A stretch of DNA of 64,000 nucleotides from Lingula anatina (taxonomy: Eukaryota; Animalia; Brachiopoda). A program made the position numbers and the translations under genes. Location of the stretch: NCBI GenBank assembly GCA_051362555.1, contig JBPQGU010000016.1:992001-1056000 (forward strand), read 5' to 3'. Every line of letters begins with the position of its first letter. The stretch's first letter is position 1. The notes below the pieces were generated by a model. That model had not been told where the DNA came from. It saw only the letters and a list, made by a program, of their open reading frames with translations, and made no database searches. Below are positions 51,401-64,000 of the stretch, one piece after another.

Positions 51401-54400
51401 GATTTAAAAAGAACATAGTAGCATAAAGTCTGCGTCGTCAATAATATGACATGGGAATGGTCATTGATCTCTATCTTTTTCCAGCTACGTCACCGATCAA
51501 ACTTGCATTGAGCTATTGCTAACCGCGTATAGAGCCTCGCCTGTCATACTGCAATTTCAGCAAAATGGGCTCTTTTCTCGGTGGGATTTTCAGAGGAAAA
51601 AAGTTTTATTTTTTACAAAAGTCGCCCCGCCGCTATTGCTTTTACCAGTTGTAAACTACGTTTGTCTTCTTATGCAACCCCTTCCTATCTTGGGTCCATG
51701 CTTCTCGAGACGGTTCATATGTTCATTCAGTACCCGAGGCAACTCCACAGTCAACAATGAAAGAGTAAAATCTACTCAAAACTGAAACCGCCAAGGTGTG
51801 AACAGCTGTGGATCTCATCGCGCTCTTTAACGTCAAAGGTGAAACCACACGTTATCTCATTGCAAAATAAAATGAAACTAAAAACATCTGAACTCATCTT
51901 ACTAGGAACATTTCCAGCGGATAAGCAATGAAACCGATCGACCTTGTATTGATTCAGTAGCTTCAGGTATAACAGCACGTCATACCACCAACCGATCGAC
52001 CTTGAATTGATTCAGTAGCTTCAGGTATAACAAACAACTCGTCATACCACCTGTTAACCGCGTTCACCCGAAAAAAAATTTCTTCTGGGCAGAATTATTT
52101 GCCAAATATGTTTTACTCGAAATTCGCATCGACGCAATTGCTTGAATGGAAAAACACACCAGTTTTCTGCACATTTGAACGTTTTAATTACAATATACGC
52201 TTATTATCCGTTTTGTGAGCAAACGCATTTTTCTTACGGTATAGAACATAACAATAAAATGAAAAAGCAGGGCAAGTAAAGATTACTTGTCTTGAAAAAG
52301 TTTGTTGTAATTGTTTATATAATGGATAGGTCTACGTTATCAATAAATACGTTACCAAAAAACGTGAAGGTATTGTTTTCTGTTTTCATTCTTTGTTGTC
52401 CTTTGGTGCGACACTGTGGATGCGTGCGACGTTGTACATGTGCGCACGCATGTATATACGTCGCTCATCCTTCTTTGTTACGTTATTATGATACATACGT
52501 TACCATGAAGCGTGTAAATATACATTTATTCTATTTACATTGGTTGTCTTTTGTTTTGTGGGCACAAAACACTTCTGCCTTAAAGTGTTGGCCCACAAAA
52601 CGAAAGACAAACCACTGTAAATAAAATAAATAAATATTTACACGGATCACGGTAACGTATATATCGGTAACGTATGTATCATTTTAACGTAACAAAGAAG
52701 AATGAGCGACGTATAAACATGCGTGCGCACATATACAACGTCACGCGCACACACAGAGTCTTGACAAAGGACAACAAACAATGAAATCAAAAAATCATGA
52801 ACTTTTAAAACGGTCATGAAAAACCTTGGTCGAGGACTGGGGTTGCCCGGGTTGAAATAGGGCACCCGGATTATCGATTGAAATAGCAAATATATACACA
52901 TGTACATCCAAACTGGCCCTCTCCCTGACAAGCTAGAAAATTTCCATTTGATCCATCACTCAGCAACGAAGCTTCTGTGGCTCCGTGGTAACTCCGTTGC
53001 CTTGTGCGTGAGTGTATCCTTGTCCGCTGGTTCGAGACCCAGCAAAATGACTCTGATATTTTTTTCCTAAAAGTAATCTGTAAAATTTGCTTTTGATTAC
53101 TATAAGAGGAAACTCGTACCTACGGAGGGTGGGCGGGTCAGTCACGGCGCAGTCGGTAGCGTGCTTGGATGCAAAAAAACAATACAAAGCGTCACCAACC
53201 ATGGTAACGAGAAGTCACGAGTTCGAATCCCGGATGAGGCACGTCAGTCCATCACGACAACGACCTTGCCCCCTGTTCGGGCAGTAACCAGAACGAATGC
53301 GGGCTCTCGTGGGTCCTAGCAATTTACCTTTTGCACAATAAAACGATATACTTGAGAATAAGTGATGGATTTAAAAAGAACATAGTAGCATAAAGTCTGC
53401 GTCGTCAATAATATGACATGGGAATGGTCATTGATCTCTATCTTTTTCCAGCTACGTCACCGATCAAACTTGCATTGAGCTATTGCTAACCGCGTATAGA
53501 GCCTCGCCTGTCATACTGCAATTTCAGCAAAATGGGCTCTTTTCTCGGTGGGATTTTCAGAGGAAAAAAGTTTTATTTTTTACAAAAGTCGCCCCGCCGC
53601 TATTGCTTTTACCAGTTGTAAACTACGTTTGTCTTCTTATGCAACCCCTTCCTATCTTGGGTCCATGCTTCTCGAGACGGTTCATATGTTCATTCAGTAC
53701 CCGAGGCAACTCCACAGTCAACAATGAAAGAGTAAAATCTACTCAAAACTGAAACCGCCAAGGTGTGAACAGCTGTGGATCTCATCGCGCTCTTTAACGT
53801 CAAAGGTGAAACCACACGTTATCTCATTGCAAAATAAAATGAAACTAAAAACATCTGAACTCATCTTACTAGGAACATTTCCAGCGGATAAGCAATGAAA
53901 CCGATCGACCTTGTATTGATTCAGTAGCTTCAGGTATAACAGCACGTCATACCACCAACCGATCGACCTTGAATTGATTCAGTAGCTTCAGGTATAACAA
54001 ACAACACGTCATACCACCTGTTAACCGCGTTCACCCGAAAAAAAATTTCTTCTGGGCAGAATTATTTGCCAAATATGTTTTACTCGAAATTCGCATCGAC
54101 GCAATTGCTTGAATGGAAAAACACACCAGTTTTCTGCACATTTGAACGTTTTAATTACAATATACGCTTATTATCCGTTTTGTGAGCAAACGCATTTTTC
54201 TTACGGTATAGAACATAACAATAAAATGAAAAAGCAGGGCAAGTAAAGATTACTTGTCTTGAAAAAGTTTGTTGTAATTGTTTATATAATGGATAGGTCT
54301 ACGTTATCAATAAATACGTTACCAAAAAACGTGAAGGTATTGTTTTCTGTTTTCATTCTTTGTTGTCCTTTGGTGCGACACTGTGGATGCGTGCGACGTT

Positions 54401-57400
54401 GTACATGTGCGCACGCATGTATATACGTCGCTCATCCTTCTTTGTTACGTTATTATGATACATACGTTACCGTGAAGCGTGTAAATATACATTTATTCTA
54501 TTTACATTGGTTGTCTTTTGTTTTGTGGGCACAAAACACTTCTGCCTTAAAGTGTTGGCCCACAAAACGAAAGACAAACCACTGTAAATAAAATAAATAA
54601 ATATTTACACGGATCACGGTAACGTATATATCGGTAACGTATGTATCATTTTAACGTAACAAAGAAGAATGAGCGACGTATAAACATGCGTGCGCACATA
54701 TACAACGTCACGCGCACACACAGAGTCTTGACAAAGGACAACAAACAATGAAATCAAAAAATCATGAACTTTTAAAACGGTCATGAAAAACCTTGGTCGA
54801 GGACTGGGGTTGCCCGGGTTGAAATAGGGCACCCGGATTATCGATTGAAATAGCAAATATATACACATGTACATCCAAACTGGCCCTCTCCCTGACAAGC
54901 TAGAAAATTTCCATTTGATCCATCACTCGGCAACGAAGCTTCTGTGGCTCCGTGGTAACTCCGTTGCCTTGTGCGTGAGTGTATCCTTGTCCGCTGGTTC
55001 GAGACCCAGCAAAATGACTCTGATATTTTTTTCCTAAAAGTAATCTGTAAAATTTGCTTTTGATTACTATAAGAGGAAACTCGTACCTACGGAGGGTGGG
55101 CGGGTCAGTCACGGCGCAGTCGGTAGCGTGCTTGGATGCAAAAAAACAATACAAAGCGTCACCAACCATGGTAACGAGAAGTCACGAGTTCGAATCCCGG
55201 ATGAGGCACGTCAGTCCATCACGACAACGACCTTGCCCCCTGTTCGGGCAGTAACCAGAACGAATGCGGGCTCTCGTGGGTCCTAGCAATTTACCTTTTG
55301 CACAATAAAACGATATACTTGAGAATAAGTGATGGATTTAAAAAGAACATAGTAGCATAAAGTCTGCGTCGTCAATAATATGACATGGGAATGGTCATTG
55401 ATCTCTATCTTTTTCCAGCTACGTCACCGATCAAACTTGCATTGAGCTATTGCTAACCGCGTATAGAGCCTCGCCTGTCATACTGCAATTTCAGCAAAAT
55501 GGGCTCTTTTCTCGGTGGGATTTTCAGAGGAAAAAAGTTTTATTTTTTACAAAAGTCGCCCCGCCGCTATTGCTTTTACCAGTTGTAAACTACGTTTGTC
55601 TTCTTATGCACCCCCTTCCTATCTTGGGTCCATGCTTCTCGAGACGGTTCATATGTTCATTCAGTACCCGAGGCAACTCCACAGTCAACAATGAAAGAGT
55701 AAAATCTACTCAAAACTGAAACCGCCAAGGTGTGAACAGCTGTGGATCTCATCGCGCTCTTTAACGTCAAAGGTGAAACCACACGTTATCTCATTGCAAA
55801 ATAAAATGAAACTAAAAACATCTGAACTCATCTTACTAGGAACATTTCCAGCGGATAAGCAATGAAACCGATCGACCTTGTATTGATTCAGTAGCTTCAG
55901 GTTTAACAGCACGTCATACCACCAACCGATCGACCTTGAATTGATTCAGTAGCTTCAGGTATAACAAACAACACGTCATACCACCTGTTAACCGCGTTCA
56001 CCCGAAAAAAAATTTCTTCTGGGCAGAATTATTTGCCAAATATGTTTTACTCGAAATTCGCATCGACGCAATTGCTTGAATGGAAAACACACCAGTTTTC
56101 TGCACATTTGAACGTTTTAATTACAATAAACGCTTATTATCCGTTTTGTGAGCAAACGCATTTTTCTTACGGTATAGAACATAACAATAAAATGAAAAAG
56201 CAGGGCAAGTAAAGATTACTTGTCTTGAAAAAGTTTGTTGTAATTGTTTATATAATGGATAGGTCTACGTTATCAATAAATACGTTACCAAAAAACGTGA
56301 AGGTATTGTTTTCTGTTTTCATTCTTTGTTGTCCTTTGGTGCGACACTGTGGGTGCGTGCGACGTTGTACATGTGCGCACGCATGTATATACGTCGCTCA
56401 TCCTTCTTTGTTACGTTATTATGATACATACGTTACCATGAAGCGTGTAAATATACATTTATTCTATTTACATTGGTTGTCTTTTGTTTTGTGGGCACAA
56501 AACACTTCTGCCTTAAAGTGTTGGCCCACAAAACGAAAGACAAACCACTGTAAATAAAATAAATAAATATTTACACGGATCACGGTAACGTATATATCGG
56601 TAACGTATGTATCATTTTAACGTAACAAAGAAGAATGAGCGACGTATAAACATGCGTGCGCACATATACAACGTCACGCGCACACACAGAGTCTTGACAA
56701 AGGACAACAAACAATGAAATCAAAAAATCATGAACTTTTAAAACGGTCATGAAAAACCTTGGTCGAGGACTGGGGTTGCCCGGGTTGAAATAGGGCACCC
56801 GGATTATCGATTGAAATAGCAAATATATACACATGTACATCCAAACTGGCCCTCTCCCTGACAAGCTAGAAAATTTCCATTTGATCCATCACTCAGCAAC
56901 GAAGCTTCTGTGGCTCCGTGGTAACTCCGTTGCCTTGTGCGTGAGTGTATCCTTGTCCGCTGGTTCGAGACCCAGCAAAATGACTCTGATATTTTTTTCC
57001 TAAAAGTAATCTGTAAAATTTGCTTTTGATTACTATAAGAGGAAACTCGTACCTACGGAGGGTGGGCGGGTCAGTCACGGCGCAGTCGGTAGCGTGCTTG
57101 GATGCAAAAAAACAATACAAAGCGTCACCAACCATGGTAACGAGAAGTCACGAGTTCGAATCCCGGATGAGGCACGTCAGTCCATCACGACAACGACCTT
57201 GCCCCCTGTTCGGGCAGTAACCAGAACGAATGCGGGCTCTCGTGGGTCCTAGCAATTTACCTTTTGCACAATAAAACGATATACTTGAGAATAAGTGATG
57301 GATTTAAAAAGAACATAGTAGCATAAAGTCTGCGTCGTCAATAATATGACATGGGAATGGTCATTGATCTCTATCTTTTTCCAGCTACGTCACCGATCAA

Positions 57401-60400
57401 ACTTGCATTGAGCTATTGCTAACCGCGTATAGAGCCTCGCCTGTCATACTGCAATTTCAGCAAAATGGGCTCTTTTCTCGGTGGGATTTTCAGAGGAAAA
57501 AAGTTTTATTTTTTACAAAAGTCGCCCCGCCGCTATTGCTTTTACCAGTTGTAAACTACGTTTGTCTTCTTATGCACCCCCTTCCTATCTTGGGTCCATG
57601 CTTCTCGAGACGGTTCATATGTTCATTCAGTACCCGAGGCAACTCCACAGTCAACAATGAAAGAGTAAAATCTACTCAAAACTGAAACCGCCAAGGTGTG
57701 AACAGCTGTGGATCTCATCGCGCTCTTTAACGTCAAAGGTGAAACCACACGTTATCTCATTGCAAAATAAAATGAAACTAAAAACATCTGAACTCATCTT
57801 ACTAGGAACATTTCCAGCGGATAAGCAATGAAACCGATCGACCTTGTATTGATTCAGTAGCTTCAGGTTTAACAGCACGTCATACCACCAACCGATCGAC
57901 CTTGAATTGATTCAGTAGCTTCAGGTATAACAAACAACACGTCATACCACCTGTTAACCGCGTTCACCCGAAAAAAAATTTCTTCTGGGCAGAATTATTT
58001 GCCAAATATGTTTTACTCGAAATTCGCATCGACGCAATTGCTTGAATGGAAAACACACCAGTTTTCTGCACATTTGAACGTTTTAATTACAATAAACGCT
58101 TATTATCCGTTTTGTGAGCAAACGCATTTTTCTTACGGTATAGAACATAACAATAAAATGAAAAAGCAGGGCAAGTAAAGATTACTTGTCTTGAAAAAGT
58201 TTGTTGTAATTGTTTATATAATGGATAGGTCTACGTTATCAATAAATACGTTACCAAAAAACGTGAAGGTATTGTTTTCTGTTTTCATTCTTTGTTGTCC
58301 TTTGGTGCGACACTGTGGGTGCGTGCGACGTTGTACATGTGCGCACGCATGTATATACGTCGCTCATCCTTCTTTGTTACGTTATTATGATACATACGTT
58401 ACCATGAAGCGTGTAAATATACATTTATTCTATTTACATTGGTTGTCTTTTGTTTTGTGGGCACAAAACACTTCTGCCTTAAAGTGTTGGCCCACAAAAC
58501 GAAAGACAAACCACTGTAAATAAAATAAATAAATATTTACACGGATCACGGTAACGTATATATCGGTAACGTATGTATCATTTTAACGTAACAAAGAAGA
58601 ATGAGCGACGTATAAACATGCGTGCGCACATATACAACGTCACGCGCACACACAGAGTCTTGACAAAGGACAACAAACAATGAAATCAAAAAATCATGAA
58701 CTTTTAAAACGGTCATGAAAAACCTTGGTCGAGGACTGGGGTTGCCCGGGTTGAAATAGGGCACCCGGATTATCGATTGAAATAGCAAATATATACACAT
58801 GTACATCCAAACTGGCCCTCTCCCTGACAAGCTAGAAAATTTCCATTTGATCCATCACTCAGCAACGAAGCTTCTGTGGCTCCGTGGTAACTCCGTTGCC
58901 TTGTGCGTGAGTGTATCCTTGTCCGCTGGTTCGAGACCCAGCAAAATGACTCTGATATTTTTTTCCTAAAAGTAATCTGTAAAATTTGCTTTTGATTACT
59001 ATAAGAGGAAACTCGTACCTACGGAGGGTGGGCGGGTCAGTCACGGCGCAGTCGGTAGCGTGCTTGGATGCAAAAAAACAATACAAAGCGTCACCAACCA
59101 TGGTAACGAGAAGTCACGAGTTCGAATCCCGGATGAGGCACGTCAGTCCATCACGACAACGACCTTGCCCCCTGTTCGGGCAGTAACCAGAACGAATGCG
59201 GGCTCTCGTGGGTCCTAGCAATTTACCTTTTGCACAATAAAACGATATACTTGAGAATAAGTGATGGATTTAAAAAGAACATAGTAGCATAAAGTCTGCG
59301 TCGTCAATAATATGACATGGGAATGGTCATTGATCTCTATCTTTTTCCAGCTACGTCACCGATCAAACTTGCATTGAGCTATTGCTAACCGCGTATAGAG
59401 CCTCGCCTGTCATACTGCAATTTCAGCAAAATGGGCTCTTTTCTCGGTGGGATTTTCAGAGGAAAAAAGTTTTATTTTTTACAAAAGTCGCCCCGCCGCT
59501 ATTGCTTTTACCAGTTGTAAACTACGTTTGTCTTCTTATGCAACCCCTTCCTATCTTGGGTCCATGCTTCTCGAGACGGTTCATATGTTCATTCAGTACC
59601 CGAGGCAACTCCACAGTCAACAATGAAAGAGTAAAATCTACTCAAAACTGAAACCGCCAAGGTGTGAACAGCTGTGGATCTCATCGCGCTCTTTAACGTC
59701 AAAGGTGAAACCACACGTTATCTCATTGCAAAATAAAATGAAACTAAAAACATCTGAACTCATCTTACTAGGAACATTTCCAGCGGATAAGCAATGAAAC
59801 CGATCGACCTTGTATTGATTCAGTAGCTTCAGGTATAACAGCACGTCATACCACCAACCGATCGACCTTGAATTGATTCAGTAGCTTCAGGTATAACAAA
59901 CAACTCGTCATACCACCTGTTAACCGCGTTCACCCGAAAAAAAATTTCTTCTGGGCAGAATTATTTGCCAAATATGTTTTACTCGAAATTCGCATCGACG
60001 CAATTGCTTGAATGGAAAAACACACCAGTTTTCTGCACATTTGAACGTTTTAATTACAATATACGCTTATTATCCGTTTTGTGAGCAAACGCATTTTTCT
60101 TACGGTATAGAACATAACAATAAAATGAAAAAGCAGGGCAAGTAAAGATTACTTGTCTTGAAAAAGTTTGTTGTAATTGTTTATATAATGGATAGGTCTA
60201 CGTTATCAATAAATACGTTACCAAAAAACGTGAAGGTATTGTTTTCTGTTTTCATTCTTTGTTGTCCTTTGGTGCGACACTGTGGATGCATGCGACGTTG
60301 TACATGTGCGCACGCATGTATATACGTCGCTCATCCTTCTTTGTTACGTTATTATGATACATACGTTACCGTGAAGCGTGTAAATATACATTTATTCTAT

Positions 60401-62795
60401 TTACATTGGTTGTCTTTTGTTTTGTGGGCACAAAACACTTCTGCCTTAAAGTGTTGGCCCACAAAACGAAAGACAAACCACTGTAAATAAAATAAATAAA
60501 TATTTACACGGATCACGGTAACGTATATATCGGTAACGTATGTATCATTTTAACGTAACAAAGAAGAATGAGCGACGTATAAACATGCGTGCGCACATAT
60601 ACAACGTCACGCGCACACACAGAGTCTTGACAAAGGACAACAAACAATGAAATCAAAAAATCATGAACTTTTAAAACGGTCATGAAAAACCTTGGTCGAG
60701 GACTGGGGTTGCCCGGGTTGAAATAGGGCACCCGGATTATCGATTGAAATAGCAAATATATACACATGTACATCCAAACTGGCCCTCTCCCTGACAAGCT
60801 AGAAAATTTCCATTTGATCCATCACTCAGCAACGAAGCTTCTGTGGCTCCGTGGTAACTCCGTTGCCTTGTGCGTGAGTGTATCCTTGTCCGCTGGTTCG
60901 AGACCCAGCAAAATGACTCTGATATTTTTTTCCTAAAAGTAATCTGTAAAATTTGCTTTTGATTACTATAAGAGGAAACTCGTACCTACGGAGGGTGGGC
61001 GGGTCAGTCACGGCGCAGTCGGTAGCGTGCTTGGATGCAAAAAAACAATACAAAGCGTCACCAACCATGGTAACGAGAAGTCACGAGTTCGAATCCCGGA
61101 TGAGGCACGTCAGTCCATCACGACAACGACCTTGCCCCCTGTTCGGGCAGTAACCAGAACGAATGCGGGCTCTCGTGGGTCCTAGCAATTTACCTTTTGC
61201 ACAATAAAACGATATACTTGAGAATAAGTGATGGATTTAAAAAGAACATAGTAGCATAAAGTCTGCGTCGTCAATAATATGACATGGGAATGGTCATTGA
61301 TCTCTATCTTTTTCCAGCTACGTCACCGATCAAACTTGCATTGAGCTATTGCTAACCGCGTATAGAGCCTCGCCTGTCATACTGCAATTTCAGCAAAATG
61401 GGCTCTTTTCTCGGTGGGATTTTCAGAGGAAAAAAGTTTTATTTTTTACAAAAGTCGCCCCGCCGCTATTGCTTTTACCAGTTGTAAACTACGTTTGTCT
61501 TCTTATGCAACCCCTTCCTATCTTGGGTCCATGCTTCTCGAGACGGTTCATATGTTCATTCAGTACCCGAGGCAACTCCACAGTCAACAATGAAAGAGTA
61601 AAATCTACTCAAAACTGAAACCGCCAAGGTGTGAACAGCTGTGGATCTCATCGCGCTCTTTAACGTCAAAGGTGAAACCACACGTTATCTCATTGCAAAA
61701 TAAAATGAAACTAAAAACATCTGAACTCATCTTACTAGGAACATTTCCAGCGGATAAGCAATGAAACCGATCGACCTTGTATTGATTCAGTAGCTTCAGG
61801 TATAACAGCACGTCATACCACCAACCGATCGACCTTGAATTGATTCAGTAGCTTCAGGTATAACAAACAACTCGTCATACCACCTGTTAACCGCGTTCAC
61901 CCGAAAAAAAATTTCTTCTGGGCAGAATTATTTGCCAAATATGTTTTACTCGAAATTCGCATCGACGCAATTGCTTGAATGGAAAAACACACCAGTTTTC
62001 TGCACATTTGAACGTTTTAATTACAATATACGCTTATTATCCGTTTTGTGAGCAAACGCATTTTTCTTACGGTATAGAACATAACAATAAAATGAAAAAG
62101 CAGGGCAAGTAAAGATTACTTGTCTTGAAAAAGTTTGTTGTAATTGTTTATATAATGGATAGGTCTACGTTATCAATAAATACGTTACCAAAAAACGTGA
62201 AGGTATTGTTTTCTGTTTTCATTCTTTGTTGTCCTTTGGTGCGACACTGTGGATGCGTGCGACGTTGTACATGTGCGCACGCATGTATATACGTCGCTCA
62301 TCCTTCTTTGTTACGTTATTATGATACATACGTTACCGTGAAGCGTGTAAATATACATTTATTCTATTTACATTGGTTGTCTTTTGTTTTGTGGGCACAA
62401 AACACTTCTGCCTTAAAGTGTTGGCCCACAAAACGAAAGACAAACCACTGTAAATAAAATAAATAAATATTTACACGGATCACGGTAACGTATATATCGG
62501 TAACGTATGTATCATTTTAACGTAACAAAGAAGAATGAGCGACGTATAAACATGCGTGCGCACATATACAACGTCACGCGCACACACAGAAGCTTGACAA
62601 AGGACAACAAACAATGAAATCAAAAAATCATGAACTTTTAAAACGGTCATGAAAAACCTTGGTCGAGGACTGGGGTTGCCCGGGTTGAAATAGGGCACCC
62701 GGATTATCGATTGAAATAGCAAATATATACACATGTACATCCAAACTGGCCCTCTCCCTGACAAGCTAGAAAATTTCCATTTGATCCATCACTCA

Positions 62796-62898
62796 GCAAC
62801 GAAGCTTCTGTGGCTCCGTGGTAACTCCGTTGCCTTGTGCGTGAGTGTATCCTTGTCCGCTGGTTCGAGACCCAGCAAAATGACTCTGATATTTTTTT
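62796..62898 (+). ncRNA. Vault-RNA-like Pol III small RNA gene, copy 26
   Basis: Same A box, GGTTCGAGACCC and T7 as copy 1. Confidence 0.55.
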
Positions 62899-62970
62899 CC
62901 TAAAAGTAATCTGTAAAATTTGCTTTTGATTACTATAAGAGGAAACTCGTACCTACGGAGGGTGGGCGGG

Positions 62971-63165
62971 TCAGTCACGGCGCAGTCGGTAGCGTGCTTG
63001 GATGCAAAAAAACAATACAAAGCGTCACCAACCATGGTAACGAGAAGTCACGAGTTCGAATCCCGGATGAGGCACGTCAGTCCATCACGACAACGACCTT
63101 GCCCCCTGTTCGGGCAGTAACCAGAACGAATGCAGGCTCTCGTGGGTCCTAGCAATTTACCTTTT
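62971..63165 (+). ncRNA. tRNA-derived SINE-like Pol III unit, copy 26
   Basis: Same A and B boxes and T4 as copy 1, with one substitution in the 3' body. Confidence 0.55.
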
Positions 63166-64000
63166 GCACAATAAAACGATATACTTGAGAATAAGTGATG
63201 GATTTAAAAAGAACATAGTAGCATAAAGTCTGCGTCGTCAATAATATGACATGGGAATGGTCATTGATCTCTATCTTTTTCCAGCTACGTCACCGATCAA
63301 ACTTGCATTGAGCTATTGCTAACCGCGTATAGAGCCTCGCCTGTCATACTGCAATTTCAGCAAAATGGGCTCTTTTCTCGGTGGGATTTTCAGAGGAAAA
63401 AAGTTTTATTTTTTACAAAAGTCGCCCCGCCGCTATTGCTTTTACCAGTTGTAAACTACGTTTGTCTTCTTATGCAACCCCTTCCTATCTTGGGTCCATG
63501 CTTCTCGAGACGGTTCATATGTTCATTCAGTACCCGAGGCAACTCCACAGTCAACAATGAAAGAGTAAAATCTACTCAAAACTGAAACCGCCAAGGTGTG
63601 AACAGCTGTGGATCTCATCGCGCTCTTTAACGTCAAAGGTGAAACCACACGTTATCTCATTGCAAAATAAAATGAAACTAAAAACATCTGAACTCATCTT
63701 ACTAGGAACATTTCCAGCGGATAAGCAATGAAACCGATCGACCTTGTATTGATTCAGTAGCTTCAGGTATAACAGCACGTCATACCACCAACCGATCGAC
63801 CTTGAATTGATTCAGTAGCTTCAGGTATAACAAACAACTCGTCATACCACCTGTTAACCGCGTTCACCCGAAAAAAAATTTCTTCTGGGCAGAATTATTT
63901 GCCAAATATGTTTTACTCGAAATTCGCATCGACGCAATTGCTTGAATGGAAAAACACACCAGTTTTCTGCACATTTGAACGTTTTAATTACAATATACGC

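Larger units (their letters stand above)
13469..64000 (+). repeat. Head-to-tail tandem array of a ~1966-bp unit, 25 complete copies plus one partial, continuing past the window end
   Basis: The same anchor recurs at 13632, 15599, 17566, 19532, 21498, 23464, 25431, 27398, 29364, 31330, 33295, 35261, 37227, 39193, 41159, 43126, 45092, 47059, 49026, 50993, 52960, 54927, 56893, 58859, 60826 and 62793 (spacing 1965-1967). Units differ by a few SNPs or 1-bp homopolymer indels. Confidence 0.99.

Noticed and set aside
13632-63778. Six short ORFs (66-110 aa) repeated in every unit
   Set aside because: No recognisable domains, several non-ATG starts, overlap with palindrome arms and Pol III cassettes, and frameshift or stop-loss variants among copies. 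Their recurrence only reflects the repeat.
13469-64000. CRISPR array or retron-like system
   Set aside because: Eukaryotic intron-containing context, 2-kb units with no unique spacers, and no cas or reverse-transcriptase genes.

Overview
AT-rich, intron-containing eukaryotic DNA, most likely from an invertebrate animal. Bases 1-12.1 kb hold a cluster of four-exon PAPS-dependent sulfotransferase genes of the Sulfotransfer_3 / Stf3-like type. Two look intact and convergent (+6958..8922, ~400 aa; -12062..9412, ~428 aa). One paralog has its first exon disrupted (+2230..3989), and there is one orphan frameshifted first exon (5116..5348). Between them lie a LINE 3' remnant, a decayed Tc1 element and several MITEs. 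From ~13469 to the window end is a head-to-tail array of a ~1966-bp unit (25 full copies plus a partial 26th) that differ by only a few substitutions or 1-bp indels. The unit has no credible protein-coding gene. Each unit carries two adjacent same-strand Pol III-type cassettes: a ~100-nt vault-RNA-like gene (A box, GGTTCGAGACC B box, T7) and a ~195-nt tRNA-derived, SINE-like gene (TATA, A box, B box, T4). It also carries a ~60-bp tandem duplication and a ~420-bp imperfect palindrome whose right end coincides with the array's left boundary. The RNA family calls come from motif recognition by eye and need covariance-model and expression checks.
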